From positions 7,450,698 through 7,514,697 of the forward strand of contig OZ037765.1 in NCBI GenBank assembly GCA_964035545.1: a DNA stretch of 64,000 bases, in the 5' to 3' direction. This document shows, in pieces, positions 25,300-38,977 of the stretch. The first letter of the stretch is position 1. Each line of letters opens with the position of its first letter. A model generated the notes under the pieces. That model saw only the letters and a program-made list of their open reading frames with translations, ran no database searches and was not told where the DNA came from. The stretch is from Bugula neritina (taxonomy: Eukaryota; Animalia; Bryozoa). The position numbers and the translations under genes were made by a program.

Positions 25300-26256
25300 A
25301 TGTTGATCACACCTGAAACTTATGGGAGACTTGACTCAATTAATATTATTTATATACTCCATTCTAACTCCAAAATGAGGCATTCATAAGAAAAGCTATG
25401 AAGTATTCTAATGTTGTCATCAACCTTGCTGGCAGAGAGAGTTCGAGACCAAGTGAGTGCAACTAGATACAGAAACTTGCTTTTTGTTACAACCAGCTGC
25501 ATATAAACTTGAAAATAGCAATTTCAGCAATACATTCAACTAAACTGGTTTTTTAAACTGTTGATGTTCTAATTACTATAGGCACATCTATCATCAACTA
25601 AGACTTTGTTATATGGTGGTTGGTGATCACCAGCTTTTCATTATATTCTGTAAGGCAAAGATCAGTTTCCAGAAGCTGCATGTTATGATCTTATGTACTT
25701 GTAGGTTGAAAGCGCAAGTCTGTAAGACTATTTTCCCTGCTACTCCTATTATGACTAGAGATAAACTTATCAGGGTATGTAGACATGACATTGATTGAAG
25801 TCACAAGAAAAATATAATATTTAATAAAATGATTTGTTGTTCTGTTGAGCTGCAATTGTAGAATAATATTTGCTAACTACAGTAGCTTATACAAGTTTAT
25901 TTTGTTTAAAGTTTATATCTTGGGAGGACACAACTCTTAATTGTGAAGGGGACATCGGGGGGGGGGGGGGTGGGGTCCTCTGAAAAGGATCTATTGTTGA
26001 ATAATATTTGCAAACTACAGTAGCTTGTACTAGTAATTTGCGCTTTTAGGAAGCCAGCTCTGATATTCTCACTGGCTGTCCTACATTGGAGGACCTCGGA
26101 GTGAAACTCAGTACCCTGGAACCTGCTGCCAGATATCTATTGAAAGTTCACAGGAATAGTCTAGAATATGAAGATAGTTTAGGAGAAATCGACGATGCGC
26201 CCTATCCCTTACAGTTAGTTGCTGGGATTGAAGAGGCTAAAGAAGTTTACTTTTAG
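25300..26256 (+). pseudogene. NDUFA9 pseudogene (fragmented duplicate)
   Basis: Fragments of exons 3, 5 and 9 plus a near-complete last exon (26050-26256), with frameshifts and large deletions; first exons absent. Confidence 0.9.
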
Positions 26257-26513
26257 GATTTATCTCCAAGAGTTTTTTTTGTTATGTAAAAAGCATTTCG
26301 GCTATGAGTAGTTGAGTGGAACTTTTATTCATATTTATTCCTAACACCATCAATAATTTGCAGTGTTGTCTTTGAAGAAAGTATTTTGTAAAAATCACTT
26401 GTTTTTTAACAATAAATAAGTTATCATCTTATATACAGTCAAACTCATTCAAGTAGCAAAAGTGTCCACTTGCTAACAGAAAGAAAGCAATAAACCAGCT
26501 GAACTTGTGGAGT

Positions 26514-29500
26514 TTACGAATATATAAGGAATCGTGTGCTCCTCAACAGCTCGGCTACTGTGTGAGTGAAGAATGTAGACGATTCCGTCAGACGTTTCTG
26601 GCCTTCCTCTGAAGATATCTGTTGCGCCATGTGATACATATCGGCATGGAACTGGAAAGAAGACAGGCAGCTTTATTTTTGGTAGCAAAAATTGTTGTGA
26701 AGTGTTTGTAATTATTCTTTAATTCTCAGTAACATATGTGTACTTTCATGAGAACATACAATGAAAAAAATTAATGAATAGAGTACTACCATATAGAGTA
26801 ATTACCTCGCTGCCCTCAGCAAAATCTTCGCTAAAATTTTCATCAAACTCTGACATCCTCAGCTTCATTGACCTCTTTCTTGTTATCATAAACAGAGACC
26901 AATCATCCTATAAAAAAAATCAGCAACTCATTAAAAGTTATATAAGAAAATCTACACTTCTGATATACATGTGAACAGATATTTAACTGTAGGTGCTTTA
27001 CCTCTATGAGTGGCTCATTTTTGATATGAGGAGCTGCTTGGATGATCAGTTTGTCTGATTCCTTTTCACCATTCCACTTTGACCAACTGTAGGCCATAGC
27101 AGAAGCTGTGAGCCCCATCTGTTGGTAAAGTCTTGTCTCGGCTATACTGTTCTTGTCTTGTATCGTGACATACTTGTGAGAGTCGTCATTAGGAAATATG
27201 TTAATACCAGTCTCCCTCAATGCCTACAATGCAAAATATAGTTAACTGGTTGTGTTTCTAGTTAATAGACTTACCTTTTTTTTATTTGGAAACCAATTGA
27301 AAGTTGATGATTTTAATTAGTCTAATGTTTTGTTTATTATAAAAAAAAAAGTTCTACAATGTGAAAATATAAATACATCATTTAACAATACATGTATAAT
27401 AGGAGACTTTCTCTCCGAAGTCATATCTTCATTCTAGCTAAAGTATGTAAATTTCACATTTTTTAATAATCTAAGAAAATTCTAGGTAGCAGAAAACTTT
27501 TAATCAGATGCTTTTAATCAAAGGTCTAAAACTACCAATTGTCTAAATCAAATGCTTGTGTCATTTAAGGCTTACGACTACCAATTATTGTGTAAATCAA
27601 ACATACAGCTTGGAAGTTCCTCAGTGACATCCATTTGCCTCTCAGGTGAGCAACTTCTGGTCTGTCTACAGGTGCCACCAGACAGCATTCAGTATCCTGA
27701 AACAAACTCAGACTCTATACACAGTGCAGCCACACATTGTAAACTTTTTCAGTCAAACTACACAAAACTAGATTTTGCCAGCAAGATGCACATATGATTT
27801 AATGAAACAATGAGAGATTATGATTTGTCAACTTATAAATATGTCAACAAAGCATTCTGCAGAATGAAGATTAGATAATATCATACAAATGGTTACCCTA
27901 CATCTCACATTATGTAGTTAGATAGGTTCAGAAAAAACTTCATTCGTAGCTATTTGAAACTAAGCAAAATGCATAAAAATTCAGAAATTTTGAGTAAATG
28001 ATGAACTGTGTACTACACTCACTTTAACTTCTATCTCTAACTCCACTATAGCAGCAATTAGGGTGAATAGACAGTGGTTGAGTCCCTTGGGGCGAATTTC
28101 CCAGGATTGAAATGGCATGTTAATGTGAACATCTTGAAGCAATGCAAATGTCCCGAAATAGCAAGTTTTGAATGATAACCTCCGAGTCTCTAGAAGTAAA
28201 AACCAAATACATTATAAACACGTAAAAAGTAACAATCTTTACTATGTTTAGAATAATCTAAACATAGGCAAGTAATGTTAAAAGGTTCAGTGTTCGTACA
28301 CTACCAGCTGTACCTTCAACAAATGTTGTATCTTGGAAGCCATCTTGACGCCACACTAATTTCTGATCATCCCACCGTGCAATGGTTGGATCTTCAAAGA
28401 AGAATGAATCTTCTGGAATTTTGAACTGCACGTTTATCAGTGGCCTGTAAATCAAAACCTTATTTATGAAATGCATGCAATACAATGTTTCAATTTTTCA
28501 TTCAGCAGTTACAATAATTACAAATAATGCTATACGTTCATATAACTAATTATACAACCTTTCTTCTTTTTTAGTTGCAGGGTCATCATTGGCTTGTGCC
28601 TGTGCTTTGAGGGCCTGCACCTGGGGATTTACGTCATCAGCAATGTAGTCGTAGAAGTTGAGATGGGCTGGCTGGGCATCTGGTAAATATATAGTTAAAC
28701 TGCGGGCACTAAACATCATAGCAAAACGACTTTATGATAAAAACAACTTTTTTACAAGAACATATCAAAATAATTAATGCTAAATACCAAAAAGTTGAGT
28801 AAAACTGAACTGACAAGCAAATAGCAAAGCAACCAGACCATTTGGTCAAATTTTTTAAAAACTTCAGAGCCTAGCACAGAATTATATAATATGAAACTCA
28901 TTTGATTGCAGGCAGTTGTAGGGCTATGAAAAAGCAATTAGTTGTGACACTGTAGGGCAAGCACAGGTCTGGTAAGGATTATGAAAAACCTTATATTAAA
29001 ATTACAAATCTTCAAGTTGAAGTATAAAACTAAAATAAAAGATGAATGCCATTTTTTTCTATGGGATAAAACATGTCGGGTAACATTTTAACAGCAAACT
29101 TTTATGTCAGCTAGAGTCATTGCTCATATGCATGAAAAATTTCGAAATTTAGTTGTCATAAATTAAACAAAAGCTAATTATTAAGAACTCCTACAGTCTG
29201 ACATATATATTTTCCTAACTAGAAGCTATACATAAGCAAGCAGTGTCTACATACGCTGAGTAATAGTCCAGGAGTTGACTGTCTTTGGTTGGGGTGGCAA
29301 ATGTAAAAGACTGAAGTGTATGATACCCCCGAGAGGTCTGTATGTTCTCAGATCTATCATATCCTCATCTCCATCAAAGTCCTCAAAATCTTCAAGCTCT
29401 AAAAGCAATAGTTAAGGTAACTTTTGAAAAAGTAGAAATCAAGGAACATAAAATTTTATAGGCAACCCAAAATTAAAAAATAGATTTTAAGACTCTTAAG

Positions 29501-32500
29501 GCAATTCAAGAGAAAACTAAATAATGCTGTGTATAAATGATGAAAGGTTTAGAAAGGTATTCCCAGAAAGAAGATAAAATTATAACATACTTGTAAGGAG
29601 ATGTAAGTCAGCATAACCTAATTCTAGTTGTGAGGAAATTAGCAGCTAATTAACATTATTCACAATTATCATGAAGTACAGGTTGGTGAATTAAAAAATA
29701 CTAACAAAACTTTAACATTAGGAGTTAAAGATTTCCGATTAAACTACTAGTCAAGCTTACATGAAAAAGTAGTAATGCAATAAAAGGATGTAATTGCTAT
29801 ATTGTATTTATTAAATATTATAGTAAGAATATACCTTTCAATAAGCCTACAATGAAGAGAATTAGACATGTATAATATAATATGTGTGGGCATGTATCTT
29901 CTATTTAAATGATTATTCAATAACATGCTTAACATTCCAAGAAATTAAGTCACAACGAAAACTGTTTCCGTTATAATATACAATATATATATTATACGCG
30001 CACACACACATTAAAAGAAACTGCTATCAAACATTCAAACTGCATGCATGCAAGTGTACACTATTTTCTTACAGCCAAAGAAAGTTTAAAAATTTAGAGG
30101 ATCTAGTTGCTAGATGTAGGAACTTGACAGGAATTTCAATGATGTTAAATCTGTCACACCTGGAGTCTGGATCAGGTCATCTTCAATTATTTCAGGCGGT
30201 TCTTCAACAGCTTTCTCCTCCTTATCTTCTCCGTCTTCTTCTTCAGGCTTGTTTAGTAAAGCCATGAGATCCTAGAAATTCATCACAATGAGATAGTCTA
30301 TGCATTAGGAAAATAAAAGCATAGAATTCAGTACTAATGGACAGCAGATTACAGTATACATACACCATGTGAAAACTATAATTTGGGCTTGCAAAAAAGT
30401 AATTCTATTAAATTTAATCTGTTAAAACTAAAAGGAGAAACATGATTGCCAATTTAAAAATGAAATACTACCAGTACAAGTACTAAGTGAGACTTGGAAG
30501 CAAAAATTTAACAGTTCAGAAGCTATACATTTTGTAGAATGAGCATTAAAAAAAGAATTATCATATTTTGCTTTGAGATTTACACAGTCACCACAGCATA
30601 GTGTTATGGCTGTAAAATCTGGCAATAAAGACACAAAACAAGCAAAAATCATAAATAAATATGCGTGGCAGAAGTAAAACTATAAGAGATCTGGTGCATT
30701 TAACAAAGTATAAAACATAGTGCCTTCCTCTATTCACTTCCACACCTGAGAATGACAAATTATATTCACATATTATATTTACATCTATTTTCATCTGCAC
30801 ATAGTAAAAACAGTAATCTCTTTAATAATGTCTGTGATATTGACTTTGAGATACCACGGCTGAGAAATAGGATTACACATAACAACAAAAGTGCTCATGC
30901 TACATGTATGCAATTGAAAGTTACTGTTCAACAGACATGCATAAAATTTTTTTGAAAAATATCTTATGCTAATACAATCTGAATTATATAATATATTTAA
31001 AAAACAAAGTTCACAACAAATTAAGAATATTGATATATATACACAATATATACAAGTATTTTTGCAAAGGAATCAATAAATGTTGACTGGTGCAAATCAA
31101 AATAATAATAACACGGGTACATACATCCATTCGACCTTCTATGTGAGAGATATCACCATCTTCGGTGACTGGCTAATTATTGTTTTAAATATAAACATTT
31201 CTGGTTAAAAATAAAAGGTAATACAGGTATGAGACTATGAGACTAGACAGGGGTTGGTATTGACAAGGTGACATGTAAAATTCTCAGCATTAGTTAGATA
31301 TAATATAACACTCAGTGGTACAATCTGCAAGTTTTCTATTTATAATGAAATACAAATCAGCAAGAATCTAAAACTGATATTTTAATATTGAACAAAGTAA
31401 GAAAACATTCAGTCAGTGCCGCCATAACTCTATCATAAAAATGTTTACCTCTGTATTTTCCCGATCTGCTTCAGGCTCTCCTTCCGCAACATTTTTACCA
31501 CTTCCTCCTCTGCTCCCTTCTCCGCCAACTTCACCATTTTCTTCATCTTTCTTTTCTTCATTTTGCTCTGCTGTGGGTTCTTCTAAAAATTCATAAACAC
31601 CTCATTATGTTTTACGGAAATTATAAAACTTCTACAATTTATAAGATAAAGTATTGTTGTATGAATACACTTGGTGACAATCTACTGTCCACTGCCATAC
31701 ATCATATATATGCTTCATCCAAATAACAATCACAGATGTTACATGGAAGAATAGGAAACTTGTTTGCAAAGAAATTCATGCTTTTGATGATGGGTTATGA
31801 GTTTAATTTAACAAACAAGTAATTGATTCTCTCCCCATCTTAAATACTCATCAGGTCATAAACAAAATTCAAATTCTTGCAATATTTATGTGGTTGCCAA
31901 TAAATTGGTTAATTCTACTATGAAACAACTATGAAATCAACAAAAATAATGTTAGCCAAAAGAGTACCTTGAAAGAAATAGATTGGACGGTTGAAAAAAA
32001 TTCTTATCAAAATCACATAGCAAATAATTTTTTGGATAAAAATATATAAACCAGGTTGCATTGTCAAAAGAATTTAACAAATAATTATAAAACAATCATT
32101 TCAAAACATAATATTTTAAAAACACATTAATCTGGTTTAAAAACAACATGCACATGTTTTGTTAATTGAAAGAATAATAATAAGAATGTTATTATTATAA
32201 TTTCAAAAAACAGAAAAAGTTATATTATTTCTCTATACCTGGCTCAGCAGGTGTTTCTTCCAGCACTTTCTTACGAGGAAGATAACTTTTCGAGAGATGA
32301 GAAAAATGGTCAAACTTAGTTATGAGGCATCTGTAAGCTACGTCGCTCAAAGTCAGTATCTTTGGTATGTCAAATGAGACTTCACTTTCAGGGAACTCAA
32401 ATGATTTAATTCTAAAAATAAATATTAATAATTGTTGCCTTTAAAGCAGAATAGTTTGTAATAAGGATGTAGTTGTATTTCTATCAAACATGTTTTAGTA

Positions 32501-35500
32501 ATGCTACCTTAGATATTCTATCTATTTATTTTTTAGCAAAAGCTGAATACGAGATTGCATATAATTAGTTGTTTAACCATATGCAGGTACATGATAGACT
32601 TCAAATTAGATAAGCTTTTGACTGCAGAATGTCTGCTTAAGATACTATCAAAACTTTTGAATAACAAGTTGTAAGAGTAGGTAATATAAACACATGCAGG
32701 TTTATAGTCACTATCCCTGTGAGAATCTCTGATGGAAGGGGTTTTTTAAAGCAGGCTAAGGACTTATTCAAGTGAGGCACAGGAGCAATTATGACTGGAT
32801 GCTCTTCCTAACACCACCAATAGTCTTTACTAGGGTTTGAACCCATGACTTGGAGTTTACTAAGCAAACGCTCTAACCCCTAGACCACGGCTGCTCTAAA
32901 TACTAGGTAATATAGACAATTATAAATAAAGAAAAAGCCAACCTGGGGTTCTTGCTAAGATTTCCCCATATATAGAGTCTGACATTATCATCTCTAAAGA
33001 CACTTTGCAGGTTGAGAGTCTCAGAGTTCATCAACTTAGTAGCCTTCAGGGTGACATCATGTGACGCCAAGTCTAACTTCTCGTTAATGAGGAGTTGAAG
33101 CTCTCTAATTGTCTGCAAATAATGGCAGTTTTATAAAACATATTTTGTGATTCCAGTAATAAAATTAATTGATTTAAAAAATTAGACAACTACAGTGTAT
33201 GTGTATACAATGACGCTGTACAAGGTAAGACAAGTTCAACTTACAACAAGATTAAAGTAACAATAAAATAGTATGAATAATTCAACATCTTACAACAAAA
33301 GTTATCACATCTCATTTGTAGCACATTACTATACACTAGTAGACAAACAATTTCAGGCTTGGTAAACAGGTGGACTCATTACACCAAAATAAACTCTCAG
33401 ACTATAATAGCCTGTTGAAAGAGGATTAATTATAGAGGGTCATAGCAAGTGTTTACCTGCTGATATCGTTCTATAGTGCTTTCAGACAGTTCACCACTGG
33501 GAGTGTCATTAATGATAAACTCCAATTCTTCTATCAGCTAAGCAGAGCAAAGTAAATTAAATTATAATACTATATGCATACACATACACAGCCAGAGTAC
33601 CCACCCTTATATAGTTTAATCTGCAGGCAGCATATATTTATAAAAATGCTATTTTAACTGGTACAATTTTCGACCAGTTTCACATGTCCTAATTACACTA
33701 ATTACATACCTAATAATCTAAGAGAAACTGTACTTTGCATCCAAATGCCAATAAAATGCATTGGAATGTTTGCTCTTTTATGTGATTAACCCAGGTATAA
33801 ACACATTTTTATATCCAAAGTTATCTGAACACATCACACTTTTATAACACACAAAGTTCCCATCACCAATGCAAGTCAATGAATATAAATTTTGATTGCT
33901 GATTCACAGTTAGGTCGAGACTCTAGACTCTACAACTTGTTAAACACATTATGCAGGGAAAACCACAACACTCACATCTCTTGTATGCCTGCATTTAGGT
34001 AAAACTGATTCAATATCATCACTTTGATTGTCTTCTCTTTCCAAATTTATATAGGTGTTTATCTCCCCTGCTATAGTAGGATCTGCAGAGCCATCACATC
34101 GCATGTACCTCTCCCACTAAAAAAACCAACATTGCATAAACTATCAACTTTAGAGATATTGTAACCTACACAAAGTATTTAGGCTATCTTTTATAGATTT
34201 TCTATTTTTTATGTTTATGTTTAAAAAATAACAAATCCATGAAAACGAAACTATCTGCTGAATCACCATATAGTTCTTAAGCACTATTATGTGCGACAAT
34301 AATATGAACAGTGCAAAGTTAAATAAGTCACAGGTATATACTGAAACCTTGGCATTTTTCCGACGGGCATCATCATTGTTTCTTATTATGCTCAAGCTCT
34401 TGTCAATCAAATCTCGAAGTTCGTCCAGTTGAGCTTTTCTTTTCTTTGATTCCTGTTGTAACATACTTGGTTAATCGCAATTTCTAGGTAAATCAGACAA
34501 CTTTCTAATATTGACATCAACTAAGGTCTTTTTAAAATAATAAGATACACTTTAAAAGCTGAGAATAAGCTAAAGGGTTAGAAATGCTGATGCTGACTAT
34601 AGTGGAAGCTGCCTAAGTTGAAATTAGTAAGACTCTACTTTCTAGAACCAGCTATTTGTCATGAATACACGATTCTGACTGTAGATTGATTGAGTAGCAG
34701 GCAAGAGGTTATACAAAGTACCTGCGACCTGCGCTATTTGAGCCAACATACCTGCAACTAAAGTAATAAATTATGAACTCAGACTACATTATAATATATG
34801 CATATAATTTATAAATATATATGTGCACACAGCCACACAAAATACTAAACCTAACAGAATTGGTTAATTTATTTCAATGTATATTATATTATTCAACAAC
34901 TAATTTAGGAAAAAAGTTTTATGCAGCAAATATTTTTTATGCAATTACTTAAAAGTATAACTATTATACAGTTTTTGGCACAACTTCACCATGTCATTAT
35001 TTTCATCAAATTACCTCTGCTTCCAGTTGTTTCCGCTCAACAGCTTCTAACTTTTCCTTTTCAGCTTTTTCTTTAGCTTCCTGCAATTGGCGCTGCTTTT
35101 CTTCCTCTATAAACAGAGAAATAATAACTTCACAAAAGGCTAATAAAACAATAAAGCTTGAAGCATTTCCATTTTAGTTAAGATATTCTAAAAAGAACCA
35201 TCAGGTTCTTGTAAATAGAGATGGTTGTTTATATTACAAATCATGATGCTGTACTTTTATTTTAATTCTAAACGGACTTTATAAAGATCATACAGTAAAA
35301 CTTGCTCTTATACTACCTAGAAGCCTTTGCTCAGTATTATTTTAGTATAATTCAAAGTAAATGTTTGTCTAAGATCACATATATCTGGAAGACCTCAAAG
35401 CTTTTCATTATGTTTGCTAACAAATTATAAATAAAATTAGTACATTGACTACATTAATACTTATATTGACAAAAATATTATAAAAATTAGAGAAACATTG

Positions 35501-36740
35501 TTTATTTAAACAAATTATACTATAATTTCCCAACCTTCTTCTTGCAACTTTTTTTCATCTTCTTCTTGCTTTAGTTTATCTTTCTCAGATTTAGTGAGCT
35601 TCTTTTTAGCTGCAGATTTAGGAGGCTGAAATAAAAATGAAGTTAAGTTATTTTGCCACAATGCTAATGCAGTAATGTAATAGATCAACTGTGGCAGATA
35701 GCAAAAGTATGCATACCTACACTACTATTATTTTCTTTAAACAAAAAAAACACAAAATAAATAATAAAACACGTGAATCATCAAGAAAATAAAAAAGCAA
35801 AATAACTTTAAAGTTCAACATAAGAAGTAATAACATTTAAACTTTTGCTATTGAAATTAAAAGTATTGTACTACTTTTCCTTTCTTTTTTCCTTTTTTGG
35901 GCTGTTGAGAAATATATAGCAAGATTAGCATTACAGCATAACTAACTACAATATGCTTTGACTATAACTTACTGTTATAGTCGCTATAACTTACTGTTAT
36001 AGTCAAAGCATAATAAACTGTTCTACTTTGACATTAGTGATGGCATAAAATCAGTTTTAACAATATAACAATGTGCCTGTATTGTAACTAAGTTTTGTAT
36101 TCTGTAGAACTTATTTTCAACTTATTGCACTAATAATTATTAGCATTTTCTAAACAAACAATCACTGTGTAATTTTGCTATATCTGCTAAAAATTGTTTC
36201 TAATGTATGATTGTATAATTATGTTCAGCTCCTATCTATCTAAATATATTTAATTCAATTCATTTTTAAGTTCAATTGAAACCAAAAAAGATGCAAGTAA
36301 TAAATATTAATGATTCAGCTAAAATTAAAAGATTTGATCCTATTGATACTGGTTTCAGTTATGTTGTTTAACCATTTGTTGCCTTAGTTTTTTACAGATA
36401 ACAAATCAACTGATGTAAACAAACATTCTCAATTTTCTGCACTTGTTTATGTTTTCACTTTGTAAAAAACTTAGTGTACAGAAACTACAAATGTCAAATT
36501 TACGCTTTAAGTTTACGGTCTAGATATCCATATTCATGTTGGTATCCATATTCATGTTGAACTTGATATCCATATTCATATTGATATTCATATATTCATA
36601 TTGACAATGAAGATTTATACACAAAACATCGATGAAAAATAGCACCCACTATAAATCATAGCTGTATATGATATCAAGTAAAAACTCTGCTTTTATTTCT
36701 TAAAAAAACTGTTTTAATAGATGTAGAAAATACTAACCAT
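26514..36740 (-). CDS. DNAI7: Dynein axonemal intermediate chain 7 (CASC1/CFAP94/IC97 family), ~19-20 coding exons
   Basis: ATG-only first coding exon at 36740-36738; K/E-rich N-terminus PKKGKKKG..KKKLTKSEKDKLKQEEDEKK; WERYMRCDGSADP; LYIWGNLSKNPR; DLRTYRPLGGI; PTIARWD; NMPFQSWEIRP; YSWSKWN; last exon 26651-26514 FHADMYHM..LLRSTRFLIYS*. Confidence 0.9.
32660..32895 (-). mobile_element. tRNA-derived SINE-like element in a DNAI7 intron
   Basis: Minus strand GCAGCCGTGGTCTAGGGGTTAGAGCG (A box) ... GGGTTCAAACCC (B box), followed by a non-tRNA body (AGGAAGAGCATCCAGTC); no complete acceptor stem. Confidence 0.65.
35953..36011. repeat. Hairpin with an internal tandem duplication
   Basis: TATGCTTTGACTATAAC-TTACT-GTTATAGTCG-CTATAAC-TTACT-GTTATAGTCAAAGCATA. 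Confidence 0.8.
36522..36605. repeat. Short 6-bp-periodic tract in DNAI7 intron 1
   Basis: GATATCCATATTCATGTTGGTATCCATATTCATGTTGAACTTGATATCCATATTCATATTGATATTC. Confidence 0.7.
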
Positions 36741-36744
36741 GATT

Positions 36745-37110
36745 TTAGCAATAATTTAACTAATGGTGAACTGGAAGGCGTCGACTATTCGTTGTTAGCC
36801 AAAATTAACATGGCGCCTTAACAACAAATTTCTCAGAACTTGGCAAAGAGGAGTAGCAAATTACTATATCAATATTTTAAGTCTTTTATAAGAACAAATG
36901 CAGTTATTATAACATTAAAGCAAAATAAAAAAATTATTAACGTTTTTACGTAAAAGAAATTAATCATTCATGTCAAAAAATATGAAATGCTGTGTTTTGA
37001 AAACTCTCACAGCCCCAAAAGCCCCAATTGAGGTAATAATAGCTGGCTATACTCTTTCTCGTAGCGAGTCAACTAGAAATTATTTCTTCCGCAGTGCAAG
37101 AGTTTTGATT
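36745..37110. promoter_or_regulatory. Bidirectional promoter region DNAI7 / ETFRF1
   Basis: Under 400 bp separate the DNAI7 ATG exon from the first ETFRF1 exon; AACATGGCGCC (YY1-like) and X-box-like GTTGTTAAGGCGCC on the minus strand at ~36813-36826. Confidence 0.55.
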
Positions 37111-37309
37111 GTTGATGAGAGCACTGCAAAAAGGTGAGTTGGGAAGCTCGCCTTTGACTTGATGTGAGTCACACTCACAGTAGATCTATTCACAGGAATA
37201 TCATCATATTTGTTATTATAATAACTTGCTTTTTGCTGCATTAAATGAAATAAATCCTGAATAGTTAGGTCATTTTAGTATTCAATAAAGTTGCTACTAA
37301 AAACATTAA

Positions 37310-37520
37310 ACAAACTCAAAGTGAAAGTCTTTTTGAAAGTAAAACTCATACTCATAGTCATAGTGAATGTCAATGTGATGGTATAAGTATTACTATTAGT
37401 CATACTGATACTGATACTATTAGTATTACATTTAGTGATTTACTCATAGTAATGAAAGATTCAAATGAAACTAATGTTCTGATAAATCTATGTTGATTAT
37501 CATTATGAATATGATGTTTA
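37310..37520. repeat. 6-bp-periodic tract in ETFRF1 intron 1
   Basis: ACTCATACTCATAGTCATAGTG; AGTCATACTGATACTGATACTATTAGTATT. Confidence 0.75.
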
Positions 37521-38977
37521 GGTCTACGAGTAAGATTAAAGCATGTCCAGTAACTAGTAAGTGAGTAGCTGTAAGCGTGTTATATTAATATTAAATTGTT
37601 ATATTAGATACTGGCCTACTGGGTGTTTTCAGATATGCTAAGTACCCACTACAACGTAAAGTACGCATACAATCATATTCTCGATAGGTACTTGTGTGCA
37701 TTATATTGTGATATCGCTTTAGTATATATTTATGTTGGTAGTGTACTAAGTACTAACTGGGCGCAATTTTTATAGAAGCTTCTACTCTTCAGTCACATCT
37801 GATCAGGAAAGACTCCAGTGCATAACATATAAGAGATTTAGTTCTAAAGCTGCCACATCAATTCAGAAGGCCCTCTCCTTGGTTACTCATCATATCTAAA
37901 GCTCTGATATTTGACATAAAGGTGAGTTCAACAAAGTGATAAATTCCGTATAGCTAAAGAGTGAAATGCTGTGATCCTTAGGGTAGAAGTCCAGGTACAA
38001 AAGTTTATATGTTAACATATGTGGAGGTATGTATGCCGTTATTCAACTAATTATTATTATATATCAACTCTAGCAATTAAATGCTTGTCCTGTATTATGA
38101 TATAGGGCCTCCATAAGGGTGTATTTAATGTTGCTCTTATAATATGCAGTACACTATGTATGGAAATTGAAAGATATAAATATGGACAAAATAGAATGCA
38201 TGTAAGCATTCAATACAAGGGAATATTGAGGCCTATAATACAAAGGATGTGTAATATTAGACTTAGTATAATAAATATAATACTGTCATGCTTTTGAAGA
38301 GGGAATTTTTGTAGTGTTGTATATCAAGAGGTCGGTGCAATAATGGAGAAAAGTCTGATTAAGTGTTTAATTCTCATGGCAAATTCCTATTTTCTGGATA
38401 ACCAACATTTTTTGAAAATAGTTTTTTCTCTAGATAATATGTAATGTGATTTTGCGTTGTACAGCAGAAGCTTCAGATAAATGCTAGAAAATCTTTTCAA
38501 CCCACAAAAAACATTTGTTTTCTTTTCTTTTGGCATAACTGACTAATGGTAGGTTACCTACTTAATTTTTGAATTCACAGAACTTGTAACAACAGTATTA
38601 TTATTTATGTCACATAATAATTAGAATTAATTCTAGAATAAAAACTGTTTTATTTTTTTCTCCCGATTGTTCAGGTGATTGAGCATACCCTTTTGTTTAA
38701 TTGGACATTTCATGGTGAAAAATAATTAACTTGTGGTGACAAGACTCCATGAGTTTTTGAGTTCAGTGTCGGTTTGAATTAAAATTAAAATTTGCCTTTC
38801 TTGATTTTTTTAGCTAAAATAAATGGAAATAATCAGTATGCTTCATGGGTATTGCATCTTAGGAAACTTTATCCACACCATTTTTATTCCCATCAAGTTT
38901 TGCCATCCTATCAGTATTTCGTTATAGATTTTGTACATGGTACTTGGACGCTTTGTACAAAGATAATCTCATAGTGA

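Larger units (their letters stand above)
13648..27135. repeat. Tandem segmental duplication; copy 1 ~13648-21290, copy 2 ~21300-27135
   Basis: 13650-15310 matches 21300-21597 + 23502-25290; NDUFA9 segments recur at 25300-26435; DNAI7 3' segments (26685-27135) recur at 20872-21280. Confidence 0.9.

Noticed and set aside
25957-25975. Poly-G run (and poly-C at ~48117-48128)
   Set aside because: Simple homopolymer expansion; the paralogous MITE end at ~20404 has only four G
32830-32895. Possible tRNA gene
   Set aside because: A and B boxes are present, but there is no paired acceptor stem and the sequence runs into a SINE-like body
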